Below, piece after piece: positions 47,414 through 56,607 of a stretch of DNA of 64,000 nt (positions are counted from its first letter, which is position 1; each line of letters starts with the position of its first letter). The translations under genes and the position numbers were made by a program. This DNA is from a virus. The stretch is taken from IMG/VR virus record IMGVR_UViG_3300032240_000659, positions 64,135 through 128,134 of that record, one strand, 5' to 3'. Below the pieces are notes generated by a model. The model was given only the letters and a program-made list of their open reading frames with translations. It ran no database searches and was not told the DNA's origin.

Positions 47414-48600
47414 TAAGCGTGTTCCTTAACTTGTTCGTAGTATGCGTACTCGCCAAACGGAGGAACAATTTTGTCGTTGCCGTGGATGACAAATACTGTA
47501 TCACAGTAGTTTTCATCACCCCAGCTACCGTATGGATAACCGTCAGTAAACATGATAAACTTTTTAGGTTGAATATCATTTTCCTTCATGTATTCCCAGT
47601 TAGCATCAAAGTCTGTTCCGCCTCCACCCATTGGCTCATAGCTGTCAAACTCGTCAATATTATAACCGTCAAAATTTGCCTCGTTATAAATGCTGGTATC
47701 AAAACACCAAACTTTAATTTTAAAATCTTGATATTCTTGCATAATACCTTTGATTTCACTCATAAAGTCTTTAGCTTGTTCATCACCAATTGAGCCAGAC
47801 ATGTCAATACTTACACAGATATCAATAGTTTCTTTAAACTGAGTACCTGGCAAAATTGCGTTCATGTGCCATCCCTTACGGTTAGGGCGCATAAATGAAT
47901 AGTCATCTTTAATGGTGCTTTGGATTTGCTGACGCAAAATCTCACGCCAATTCATTTTAGGCTCGGTGAATTCTTTAATCATTCGCTGAATGCTTGCAGG
48001 GGTATTTCCTGCACCCGCAGCCTGAGCCGCCGCCATAACTGCTTCACGCATCTCGTCACGGATTTGTTTTAGTTCTTCTTTAGAGTAACTAGGTCGATCA
48101 CCAGTGCCATCTTTGTCACCCCAGTCAATGTGATCGTCAAGAAGCTGGCCCAATGCATCAAGTTCTTTTTCATCTTGTTCGTCAAAGATTTTGTCGTAGA
48201 TTTCTTCCGCACCCATACCGTAGTATTTAGGATCGTGAAAAATAGTAATGCCTGGAATATTATGATCACCAATTTTATCTCTAACAATTTGACCATTGGC
48301 ACAATAGTCTGCGGCAATGTTAAAGATACGTGCATTACGACCTTCTCGACGTGACATATGATCAAATACGTTGTGCAAAATTTCGTGAGCAATAACAAAT
48401 TCAACCTGTTTAATTGTAAGAGGTTCAAAAAACTTACGATTAAAATAAATGGCTCGACCGTCTGTTGCGGCAGTACCCGTCCAATCTGTAGCTTCTTCAA
48501 TCTTCAAACGTGTGGCCATATTGCCAAAGAAAGGATGACGTAGCAAGAGTCCAACTCGTGCTACAATAATTTTATCAATAATTGGATCTGCGTGTGCCAT
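47413..48600 (-). CDS. Metallopeptidase-like plus vWA domain protein (DUF2201-type)
   Basis: TAATDG and HEILH (HExxH) N-terminal motifs; C-terminal IDMSGSI MIDAS, GGGTDF, FTDGY. Confidence 0.85.
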   Translation of the reverse strand: MAHADPIIDKIIVARVGLLLRHPFFGNMATRLKIEEATDWTGTAATDGRAIYFNRKFFEPLTIKQVEFVIAHEILHNVFDHMSRREGRNARIFNIAADYCANGQIVRDKIGDHNIPGITIFHDPKYYGMGAEEIYDKIFDEQDEKELDALGQLLDDHIDWGDKDGTGDRPSYSKEELKQIRDEMREAVMAAAQAAGAGNTPASIQRMIKEFTEPKMNWREILRQQIQSTIKDDYSFMRPNRKGWHMNAILPGTQFKETIDICVSIDMSGSIGDEQAKDFMSEIKGIMQEYQDFKIKVWCFDTSIYNEANFDGYNIDEFDSYEPMGGGGTDFDANWEYMKENDIQPKKFIMFTDGYPYGSWGDENYCDTVFVIHGNDKIVPPFGEYAYYEQVKEHA

Positions 48601-48625
48601 ATAAGTTCCTTTTTAATATGTGTAT

Positions 48626-48654
48626 AGTATAACAGGACCCGCAGGTCCTGTCAA
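48626..48654 (-). promoter_or_regulatory. Sigma70-type promoter containing an 8-bp inverted repeat
   Basis: TTGACA-N17-TATACT; ACAGGACC-cgca-GGTCCTGT at 48632-48651. Confidence 0.7.
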
Positions 48655-48670
48655 ATACTGCAATGCCAAA

Positions 48671-49759
48671 TTACTTTTCAGTAGCCTGTGCAATATACTT
48701 ACCAAACTTAGCGTGGAAGGCATCAAAACAAGCAATCTCGTCAGGATCCAACGGCAACTTATATTGGCTCAATGCAACTTTAGTGCCCATGATAACCAAT
48801 TCTGTTTCAAAATTGTCCATCATAAATTGGAAAAAGTTGTTAACTTGATCGTTCCAATTTTTAGCATTTTTATCGCAAGCATCTTTGAGTTCATAGCACA
48901 GGCTAATAGTCAAAGAATACATAGCTGAAATCTCTTTAGATTTCATTTCCTTAACTTTGCCGCTAAGAATATCTGACGGATTAGGCATCTTGCCTGACAC
49001 TTTTCGGTGTGCCATAAACTTAACAGCAAGACCTTCCCCAACTGCTCCTGACACCAAATCAGACATTGTCTCAGTATCAGTATCGTCGTCGTGCAACAGT
49101 TCGCTAACAAACGCCCAGCTACGTGGAGTAGCAAATGCACGTGAGCTAGACTTTGGATCAAAGTCGTACAAGTCTTTCTTAGAGAAAGACAAGAAACCAA
49201 CTACATCCTTGTGTACTTTGTTTTCAGTAGCCCAGTCAAAATAGTCGTCCCAATCCACTGTCATTTCCAAGTGAATGAAACGATTAGCCAACGGCGCTGG
49301 CATGCGGAAAGTAACACCTTTGTCAGTTTCACGATTGCCTGCGGCAACCATTACTACATTGTCTGGCAGTACATAAGTACCAACACGACGATTCAAAATA
49401 AGTTGATAAGCCGCGGCTTGTACGCTAGGAGCGGCGCTGTTCATTTCATCCATAAACAAGATAATTTGTTTATGTTGTTTGGCAAATTCTTGGCTTGGCA
49501 ATTCACTAGGAGGAGCCCAACGCATAGTGCCATCGTTGGAATCAAAATATGGAATACCCTTAATGTCAGTAGGTTCCCAAAGAGAAAGACGAACGTCGAT
49601 CACGTGAGCATCAAGCTCAGTACCGAGTTGTTTGATAATATCGGATTTACCAATACCTGGAGGGCCCCACAAGAACAATGGGCGCTTATTTTTAAAAGCC
49701 TTACGCAAAGACTTTTTAGCTGCCTTTGGGCCAACTGTACGGCTAAGAATTTCTGCCAT
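48671..49759 (-). CDS. MoxR-like AAA+ ATPase
   Basis: Walker A GPPGIGKS, Walker B LFMDE, AAGN sensor 1, PLANRF arginine finger, TPRSW sensor 2. Confidence 0.9.
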   Translation of the reverse strand: MAEILSRTVGPKAAKKSLRKAFKNKRPLFLWGPPGIGKSDIIKQLGTELDAHVIDVRLSLWEPTDIKGIPYFDSNDGTMRWAPPSELPSQEFAKQHKQIILFMDEMNSAAPSVQAAAYQLILNRRVGTYVLPDNVVMVAAGNRETDKGVTFRMPAPLANRFIHLEMTVDWDDYFDWATENKVHKDVVGFLSFSKKDLYDFDPKSSSRAFATPRSWAFVSELLHDDDTDTETMSDLVSGAVGEGLAVKFMAHRKVSGKMPNPSDILSGKVKEMKSKEISAMYSLTISLCYELKDACDKNAKNWNDQVNNFFQFMMDNFETELVIMGTKVALSQYKLPLDPDEIACFDAFHAKFGKYIAQATEK

Positions 49760-49815
49760 TTTGCTTCCTATCTTAAGTTAAAAAATACACTGTTGAATTA
49801 ACGCTGTATGTATGT

Positions 49816-49844
49816 ATTATATGGCAAAATAGGCATTGTGTCAA
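49816..49844 (-). promoter_or_regulatory. Perfect-consensus sigma70 promoter
   Basis: TTGACA-N17-TATAAT upstream of the MoxR gene. Confidence 0.85.
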
Positions 49845-49861
49845 GCAAAATTTGAACTTTT

Positions 49862-50272
49862 TTAATCACTTTCGTCCAAATTGGCAATTTCCTTTTGTCT
49901 CTCATTCATTGCTTTAATGAGTCCAAATTTTCTAATGTCGTCGGAAAACAACATTAACTCAAAACTCTTTTTTTCGGAAAATACTGTAACACTTTCGGTA
50001 GTTAAGTAGTACGGGCAATCAATGTATCGCTCTAAGAATATAATAGTTTGAGGACTAAGCTCAATTGATTCAGTGAATGGAATTTCATAAGACTTTAGTT
50101 CTAAATCATTTGTTAAAAATTCAAAACCTTCTTCACTTAGTCTAAATGCGTGATCTTTTCCTACCCTAGTTGACTGCCACCATTTTCTTCCAAACAGTTG
50201 GACATTGGCATTATCTATGCTTTTGCCCCATTGCTGTAAGAATATTTTAGTTAAGGCAGTCCTAGAAATCAT
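49862..50272 (-). CDS. Hypothetical protein
   Basis: 136-aa ORF coupled to the upstream gene. Confidence 0.7.
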   Translation of the reverse strand: MISRTALTKIFLQQWGKSIDNANVQLFGRKWWQSTRVGKDHAFRLSEEGFEFLTNDLELKSYEIPFTESIELSPQTIIFLERYIDCPYYLTTESVTVFSEKKSFELMLFSDDIRKFGLIKAMNERQKEIANLDESD

Positions 50273-50553
50273 TTTATAATTTCGCCTTGGGTTAATTTAA
50301 CAACTTGGAAATCGGAAGTTCCAAAAGTAAGATTTAATTTCTTTGCCAAATTATGTGCGTGTCCAGGATTTGAAAAAGAAACTTTTTTATATTTAGGGCC
50401 AGGGTAGCTGGTAAGACTATTAAAGCTCTTTAGGTTAAAGGGCTCGTTCTTGTAGAACACAGCCCAGATAGCTTCCGCTTCTAATACTTGTTCTGCTTTG
50501 TATGTTTTTTTACTAACATACTCTAATAATATTTTTGGCTTTGGTCTACTCAT
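50269..50553 (-). CDS. Hypothetical protein (late-expressed)
   Basis: AAGGA RBS and TATAAATA upstream. Confidence 0.75.
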   Translation of the reverse strand: MSRPKPKILLEYVSKKTYKAEQVLEAEAIWAVFYKNEPFNLKSFNSLTSYPGPKYKKVSFSNPGHAHNLAKKLNLTFGTSDFQVVKLTQGEIIK

Positions 50554-50582
50554 AATGCGTCCTTATAAATTAAGTACGCATA

Positions 50583-50590
50583 TATTTATA
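50583..50590 (-). promoter_or_regulatory. T4 late promoter consensus TATAAATA
   Basis: Exact consensus, intergenic, 29 nt upstream of the ATG at 50553. Confidence 0.75.
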
Positions 50591-50592
50591 TC

Positions 50593-50841
50593 TTATTTTC
50601 GATCTTCGAAGCCACCGCCATCCATAGTGACATTAATAACTTCTGTGTCTACACTACGTTTTAACGCGGTATACATAGTTTCGTAATCTTGATTTACTTT
50701 GTCTAACAATTCTGCTAATGACAATGATAACAATCTAGCCTTTTGTATATCAATAGATACTGTTTTAGATTGACTTAGTTCAGCGGTTCGAATTTGCTGT
50801 ATAAATTGTGTAATTGATGTTGTATTAATCTGATTTTGCAT
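50593..50841 (-). CDS. Hypothetical protein
   Basis: 82-aa ORF in operon context. Confidence 0.6.
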   Translation of the reverse strand: MQNQINTTSITQFIQQIRTAELSQSKTVSIDIQKARLLSLSLAELLDKVNQDYETMYTALKRSVDTEVINVTMDGGGFEDRK

Positions 50842-51304
50842 TTGCTAGTACCTGTTTCATTTCGATTTCAGTTTTAAAAGGCCCTTTAAACGGATATCGC
50901 TCAGCAGTAATAGCCTTAGGACAAAATGACTTAACCCATCCTTTATCAAATTTAATAATATAATAACCTGCACAATATAGACTTTTACTAGCATTGCTCT
51001 TTGTAAAAAGAGGTAATTTACGTCTTACGTCATACATTGCATTATATGGTTTACACATAGTAGGATAGCTATGGCATTCATGGGGTTCGTCAGAAGTAAC
51101 TTTAATTTTACTATTTGTAAGAAAAAATCCTTTACCAAATTGTTTGGTAAGATCGTCTTTCTTGTTGAACATAACTTCTCCACTAGTACTGCTTAGGATA
51201 AATTTGTTATTTTCTTTTTTGTGTAGAGTAGCAATTTTATTACCGTCTTGTTCAACAATCCAAAATTTGCCATCTACGATTGGCTTTGCGTGTATCTCTG
51301 TCAT
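50825..51304 (-). CDS. Hypothetical protein
   Basis: 159-aa ORF coupled to the RNase H stop. Confidence 0.7.
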   Translation of the reverse strand: MTEIHAKPIVDGKFWIVEQDGNKIATLHKKENNKFILSSTSGEVMFNKKDDLTKQFGKGFFLTNSKIKVTSDEPHECHSYPTMCKPYNAMYDVRRKLPLFTKSNASKSLYCAGYYIIKFDKGWVKSFCPKAITAERYPFKGPFKTEIEMKQVLANAKSD

Positions 51305-52323
51305 GGTGTTACCTCTTCGGTTAATTTACGCCAAGTAACAGCTTTCTCTGGAAACTTGGCTTGGAATGGTTCTGCATACGATTGAATGTTGTCAGCAATT
51401 TTTTTCATATCCCAAGTATTACAAAATTTAAGCATACGAATGCCAACTTGTGAAATATCTTTTGGAACAGCGTTTGTGTTAATAGTCTCTTTAATCAAAT
51501 CTTTAATGTTAGCAGGTTGCGCTCTAAGATCGATTAAGATACGATTGCGTTCGTAGTCGTCTAGCACCCTGTGTTCTTGACCGTTATGATCAACCCAACG
51601 TTGAAGCATGAGATTGTTCCACGCATAGCCTTTACTATTGCGATCTTGAAACGCTTCGGTTAGTCCTACTTTACTTTTTGTACCTTTAACACGCACACCT
51701 GGATATGCTGAGAAGACATTGTCACTAGTATCGCCACGCATACATTTTTCAAACAGTAACCATTCTGGGTGTACTGCTTTTGGCTCTCCAGTTTTCTTAT
51801 CAAGTACAGGTTTACCTTTTTTATCAAAGATGCCTTCAAGGGTGTGTGTTTCTTCAGCAACACCGTTAAACTGTCTTACATTTGATGCAAGCAATTGATG
51901 AAAGTCGCTGTCTGTACTGATGATAACATGATCAGCATTTGGATGGCTTTGAATAAAGCCTGCAATTAAATCATCTGCTTCTAGTTGGGGATGTTGTAAT
52001 ACAGTAACATTAGTTTTCTCTGTAATAAACTTTTTAAATTCGTCAAATGCTTCCCAGAACAATTTATCTTCTTCTTGTTCAGCAGAAGTCATAGCCGCAC
52101 GAGTTTCGGCACGATTAGCTTTATAAGGCTTATAGTAGTCCTTACGCCAGCTACGACCTTCGAGGCAGAACACTACATGACTGCCATTAAAGTCATTCCA
52201 CGCTTTCTTAATACTGTTAAAAGTGATATGAAAAGCCATACCTAGCTTAATGTCAGCATCACCTCTAACAACATGTCGTGCTCTAAAAAATGTATTTGCT
52301 GTGTCTACTAAGATGTATGTCAT
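51301..52323 (-). CDS. rnh: T4-type RNase H / 5'-3' exonuclease (FEN family)
   Basis: ILVD.AN.FFR, YKANR, LEADD.I, IISTDSDF.QL, GDTSDNV motifs. Confidence 0.9.
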   Translation of the reverse strand: MTYILVDTANTFFRARHVVRGDADIKLGMAFHITFNSIKKAWNDFNGSHVVFCLEGRSWRKDYYKPYKANRAETRAAMTSAEQEEDKLFWEAFDEFKKFITEKTNVTVLQHPQLEADDLIAGFIQSHPNADHVIISTDSDFHQLLASNVRQFNGVAEETHTLEGIFDKKGKPVLDKKTGEPKAVHPEWLLFEKCMRGDTSDNVFSAYPGVRVKGTKSKVGLTEAFQDRNSKGYAWNNLMLQRWVDHNGQEHRVLDDYERNRILIDLRAQPANIKDLIKETINTNAVPKDISQVGIRMLKFCNTWDMKKIADNIQSYAEPFQAKFPEKAVTWRKLTEEVTP

Positions 52324-52769
52324 TCTACTTCGGCTTTGCCGTTACCTAATTTGTTTACGTTGATAAAACCTGCACTACGATTAGGATCTAATCCTTCATT
52401 AGAAAACATATTTCGGGCTAAATCTCTAAACCAACGATCTACAATTTCTTCGTCTGGATCACCATCAAAACCATAACCTGCTTTCTTTAATTGTAACACA
52501 AATTCGTCGTTCCAATCAAGCTCAAAAAATCCGTTCCTTACATTATCTTTATTTACTTTTGTATCTAAAACAGCTACCCAAGCTTCGCCTTTTTTGGTAG
52601 CAATTTCTTTGGGTGTTAGCTTTGCATCCTCTGCTTCTCGCCGCGCCTGTTCGGCTTTTTTTTGGTGCTCGGCTGTTGTTTCTACAGCTATTGCTAATTT
52701 TGCTTCTGCGTCTGCAATGTTTTTTTCAATCTTGTCTAAGCCAATTAAGCGTTTAAAAATATTTTTCAT
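52320..52769 (-). CDS. Hypothetical protein
   Basis: Coiled-coil N-terminus, GFFELDWN..F motif. Start set at 52769, abutting the queE stop. Confidence 0.7.
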   Translation of the reverse strand: MKNIFKRLIGLDKIEKNIADAEAKLAIAVETTAEHQKKAEQARREAEDAKLTPKEIATKKGEAWVAVLDTKVNKDNVRNGFFELDWNDEFVLQLKKAGYGFDGDPDEEIVDRWFRDLARNMFSNEGLDPNRSAGFINVNKLGNGKAEVE

Positions 52770-53632
52770 TAGGTACCCCACTCGTTTTTAAATAATGGAA
52801 CTTGTAATCTGTCACTATAACGTAATCCATTTTTCATTGCTAGTTCTGCGACACGGCGATTATTAAGAGTGTACACGCTTTCAACACCTCCAACAGGCAT
52901 AAGATAAACAGGACCCTTAAAACCCTCTGCACGATATATATCTGCTGTTTCAATTGCTTCCTCCGCATCTTCTTCGGTGGATACAACAAGTTTTAAGTAT
53001 GTGTAACCAACTTCTTCATATTCGCACACAACATCTGGACGAATAGCTTCATGTCTTGCTTCACCACTACAACTTAATTTAGCACTTACACTAAATGTAA
53101 TTTCTTTGTGATAATCAATTTCTGGTAGCTGCCATTGTAGCAAATAATCTTTAAATTCTGGATTTAATTTTTGAGTACCATTTGTTTCAAATGTAATCTC
53201 TTTTAATCCCTTCATTTTAGGATGTGATAACAAGTCTGGATAAGCACGTTGCCAACCTAACAAAGGTTCACCACCTGTAATAACTAGATGCTCGTCTTGC
53301 CATTCGTTGAAGGGCAATATCTCCATGATTCTGTCGGCAATTGAGTCTGTTGTGAGCATAGGACTAAGGTCCTTAAAACTTGGATGCCAAGAAGCATAAC
53401 TATCGCAACCAGTACTAACAAGGGGAAGTTCATTGTAGGTAGTCCATTTGTTATATTTTTCTTGCTTTTCTGCTAATACATCTGCTTCTCCACTTAATGT
53501 ACCTTTGAGCATGCCAAAGCCTGCACACTTAAAGTTACATCCAAATGTACGTAAGAAAACGGACGGTACACCCATGTAACGTCCTTCGCCTTGTATGCTA
53601 TAAAATAATTCTGCAATTTTAATTTTTGACAT
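52769..53632 (-). CDS. queE: 7-carboxy-7-deazaguanine synthase (radical SAM) with atypical Cys spacing
   Basis: ELFYSIQGEG.Y.G.PSVFLR..GC, VITGGEP, ETNGT, SAKL, YSDRLQ motifs. Start set at 53632. Confidence 0.88.
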   Translation of the reverse strand: MSKIKIAELFYSIQGEGRYMGVPSVFLRTFGCNFKCAGFGMLKGTLSGEADVLAEKQEKYNKWTTYNELPLVSTGCDSYASWHPSFKDLSPMLTTDSIADRIMEILPFNEWQDEHLVITGGEPLLGWQRAYPDLLSHPKMKGLKEITFETNGTQKLNPEFKDYLLQWQLPEIDYHKEITFSVSAKLSCSGEARHEAIRPDVVCEYEEVGYTYLKLVVSTEEDAEEAIETADIYRAEGFKGPVYLMPVGGVESVYTLNNRRVAELAMKNGLRYSDRLQVPLFKNEWGT

Positions 53633-53960
53633 GCTGTTTCCTAAGTTCATCTACATCTTCTATAGCAGATTGTAACACACTTGCATAGTTAAGAGCAACC
53701 TGTTTGTTCATCATAATACAAGTTTCAAAATCAGTATACCCTTTGGTTAATAGTTGCCAAATATGATACCACCTTGATTTTGACCAAAAGTTTGTTCTAG
53801 TTGTAGTATAGATAGTAACAACTATGCCTGTATCTTCTGCTTCAATATCAATAGTATGTGTACAATCGTCTGAACCGCATTCGCATACTGCTTTATACAT
53901 TTTTGATGTACCCCAGTCTTTGACTAGTAATACACCTTGTGCTGGTGTTTGTGATTTCAT
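53619..53960 (-). CDS. Hypothetical protein (CxCxxxxCxH, possible metal-binding)
   Basis: CECGSDDCTH motif. Confidence 0.65.
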   Translation of the reverse strand: MKSQTPAQGVLLVKDWGTSKMYKAVCECGSDDCTHTIDIEAEDTGIVVTIYTTTRTNFWSKSRWYHIWQLLTKGYTDFETCIMMNKQVALNYASVLQSAIEDVDELRKQHVKN

Positions 53961-54175
53961 TTACAGTTTTCCAACCACATATCTAAACGATTAACAGCTT
54001 CTTCAAAATCTACAGCCCATACCTTAGCTTCAAGTTCGCCGTCTTTAATATTAATATCAAACGGAACAACACCGTTCATTCTAAAGTCATGTGGTGTGTC
54101 CACACATACTGTAAACTCTTGCAAGTTTTTAGCACGGTTAATAAACTGATCCATTATATCTTTTGCAGTACTCAT
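53957..54175 (-). CDS. Hypothetical protein
   Basis: Coupled to neighbours. Confidence 0.6.
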   Translation of the reverse strand: MSTAKDIMDQFINRAKNLQEFTVCVDTPHDFRMNGVVPFDINIKDGELEAKVWAVDFEEAVNRLDMWLENCK

Positions 54176-54681
54176 TATTCTTCCTTTGGTTTTGGAAATG
54201 ACTCACTAAACGGCCATGCAGTGCTTGGTTCAGGTCTAGGTTTTAGTTTAACATTTTCTTCAATAACTGTGCCATCTTCATCGCACAGGCTAACTTGGAA
54301 TGGTGCATCAATAATTAAGTAGTCGTCTTCAACTTGCCAGTCATGTTCACCGTCAAACAGCCATCCTGCTCCGCCTTCGTGATATGAACTTTCAAACTCT
54401 TCTTTTTGTTCGTCTGTAAAATCGTCACTAAATTCAAACCAGCAAGCATGTTGGTCATCTAGCTCTGCACCCCACCCGCAATCGTTTTTAGCATGTGCTT
54501 GTATGTCGCCTTCGTAGGGCAGATTCATATCCATATCTTCTTCTACAAAGCCTTGTCCCCATCGATAGTGATCGTCGATGTTAACCCAACTAATAGTACC
54601 ATCTGCATTATCTCGCCACAGTTCAATGTGCCAGCAGATACTTTTTTTGTGTAAGGGTTTAATTAGATATACTTTACTCAT
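54175..54681 (-). CDS. Hypothetical acidic protein
   Basis: 168-aa Asp/Glu/Trp-rich ORF. Confidence 0.65.
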   Translation of the reverse strand: MSKVYLIKPLHKKSICWHIELWRDNADGTISWVNIDDHYRWGQGFVEEDMDMNLPYEGDIQAHAKNDCGWGAELDDQHACWFEFSDDFTDEQKEEFESSYHEGGAGWLFDGEHDWQVEDDYLIIDAPFQVSLCDEDGTVIEENVKLKPRPEPSTAWPFSESFPKPKEE

Positions 54682-54689
54682 TTTCTACC

Positions 54690-55448
54690 TTAGCGTGGTG
54701 CAAACTCTTGTTGCAATTTAATGTTATCAAAAAACTCTTTCTTTGTATTACCGTCAGTGTTAAACGCACCTTTGAGTACAGTAGTTTGAGTTAGTGAACT
54801 ATGTGCCATAATACCGCGATTTTCACAGCAACCGTGTGTAGCTTGAACATAGACTGCTACGTTTTCTGATTCGGTTGCTTTTTGGATCTCCCTAGCAATA
54901 TCGTTACACAACTCTTCCTGGAGAGTGCCGCGACGAGCACACCACTGAGCAATACGAGTGTACTTAGACAAACCAATAAGTTTTTGTGCGGCAATGATGC
55001 CAATGTAAGCGACACCAGCAACGGGCTGATGATGATGACTGCACATAGAGCGCAACTCACTACGTACCACCAGCATACCTTCGTAGCGGTCCTGCGAATC
55101 ATTTGGAAATGCCGTTGCGTCTGGTGCTGGTTCATATCTTCCTGCCATTATTTCGTTGTAATACATCTTGGCCAGTCTACGTGCTGTGCCTTTGCTATTG
55201 GGATCGTTTTCTCGATCAATAAGTAATACATCTAAAACTTGTTCAAATGCCGGCGTTGCTTCGTCAATTAGTTTTTCTAAATCACCTTCATGCAAGTAAT
55301 CGCTAATGTTATCACCAGCCCAAAAACGTTTTCCTTCACGTTTCATCTTAAAGCGAAGATGATCGCTTAATTTTGCTATTTCATAGCCGCCATCTCCAGC
55401 CATAGCATCTAATGCTGTTTCCTGGTTGTATGTTCTTGATTCTGTCAT
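54690..55448 (-). CDS. folE: GTP cyclohydrolase I
   Basis: SMCSHHHQP and HGCCENRG zinc ligands, GLSKY.RI..W..RRG.LQE. Confidence 0.95.
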   Translation of the reverse strand: MTESRTYNQETALDAMAGDGGYEIAKLSDHLRFKMKREGKRFWAGDNISDYLHEGDLEKLIDEATPAFEQVLDVLLIDRENDPNSKGTARRLAKMYYNEIMAGRYEPAPDATAFPNDSQDRYEGMLVVRSELRSMCSHHHQPVAGVAYIGIIAAQKLIGLSKYTRIAQWCARRGTLQEELCNDIAREIQKATESENVAVYVQATHGCCENRGIMAHSSLTQTTVLKGAFNTDGNTKKEFFDNIKLQQEFAPR

Positions 55449-55488
55449 TATTATTCTCCGATGTTAAGGCAGTGGATTGCCATGTAAT

Positions 55489-55516
55489 ATTATACTATTA
55501 TTTAGGTCTGTGTCAA
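55489..55516 (-). promoter_or_regulatory. Sigma70 promoter with an embedded TAAATA late motif, upstream of folE
   Basis: TTGACA-N16-TATAAT; TAAATA in the spacer at 55499-55504. Confidence 0.75.
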
Positions 55517-55708
55517 TATTTTGTTTGCTCGAAGCTTTCGGCATTCTTCTCTAACTTCAAGTGGGATATCCGGATGCCATTCTGCCATTCCGCAGTCGTA
55601 TACTCGTGTTCCTTCTTTAGGAGCAATCCATAATAGTGTTGGTATTGCTACTAATGTTAGAAGTAACATAACAACTATCAAAGCGATTCGCTTAATAGAA
55701 TTTGGCAT
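55502..55708 (-). CDS. Small membrane protein with CxxxxWHPD..C motif
   Basis: N-terminal hydrophobic helix; YDCGMAEWHPDIP...REEC. Confidence 0.6.
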   Translation of the reverse strand: MPNSIKRIALIVVMLLLTLVAIPTLLWIAPKEGTRVYDCGMAEWHPDIPLEVREECRKLRANKILTQT

Positions 55709-55941
55709 AATTTTGCATCCTTTAATGATTTGAATGTAAATGTCATATGTGTTGGATATGGCTTATAATAAAATCGATCACCCGGCAAACCAAATACTTC
55801 TAATACACTTGCACACTTTTCGTTCCACCATTGATTATTTTGACTATTCCAATTTATGGTAATAACATGATTAGAATCTGTTATGTCAACCCACCAATCT
55901 GGTTTAGTATAAATCTCAGCGGGTTTGTGATTTATTTTCAT
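55678..55941 (-). CDS. Hypothetical protein
   Basis: 87-aa ORF in operon context. Confidence 0.55.
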   Translation of the reverse strand: MKINHKPAEIYTKPDWWVDITDSNHVITINWNSQNNQWWNEKCASVLEVFGLPGDRFYYKPYPTHMTFTFKSLKDAKLCQILLSESL

Positions 55942-56092
55942 TTTCTAAAAATTTAATTTCGTCTCGAATGTATTCTTTATATTCAGCAAGAACTTCTAGT
56001 TTCCTGCCACTCTCACCAGTTAGTCGAAGTGTTTCTAAATCTTTTTCGATCATTGCTAATTTATCTTTTAGCTCTTGAATTGTTAAACTCAT
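55916..56092 (-). CDS. Hypothetical coiled-coil protein
   Basis: Start set at MSLTIQ (56092), overlapping the PRTase stop. Confidence 0.55.
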   Translation of the reverse strand: MSLTIQELKDKLAMIEKDLETLRLTGESGRKLEVLAEYKEYIRDEIKFLENENKSQTR

Positions 56093-56607
56093 TTCCAAAA
56101 TTCTTCCCAAGGATAAACTAACCAACAATCTTCTTCGGCTTTATTTACTTCCCAGTAAGTATAATCAACATCTTCCTTACTAGACAAGTTATTTGTGAGT
56201 ACAGCAAATCTTACATTTTGTCCCCACACATGATTCCAACGTTTATCATTTGGTAAACATAGACTTTGCCAGTCTTGTTTAATCCAAGCAATAGTTGAAC
56301 CTTGATCGTTAATATCGTCGACTACTAGAATGTTTTTACACAATGGATCGCCAACGTTTGCGGCATTGTATCCAAACGCATCTTCAGCCATACCGCAATC
56401 ACTAACTTTAATCCCGCCATCTCTAAGACTAACCATAAGCGTAGCCATAGGAATATCTAAGTATTGACTAATTAAATTAGCCGGAACAAGACCACCTCGG
56501 CTAATGCCAACAATATAATCAGGGTACCATTTATCTTGAACCATTTGACGAGAAAGATCTAAACAGGCACCTTCTACTTGTTGCCAAGTATAATATATCT
56601 TTTTCAT
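56089..56607 (-). CDS. Type I phosphoribosyltransferase (purine/Gpt-like)
   Basis: IVGISRGGLVPA and PRPP loop ILVVDDINDQGST; WLVYPWE end. Confidence 0.88.
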   Translation of the reverse strand: MKKIYYTWQQVEGACLDLSRQMVQDKWYPDYIVGISRGGLVPANLISQYLDIPMATLMVSLRDGGIKVSDCGMAEDAFGYNAANVGDPLCKNILVVDDINDQGSTIAWIKQDWQSLCLPNDKRWNHVWGQNVRFAVLTNNLSSKEDVDYTYWEVNKAEEDCWLVYPWEEFWK

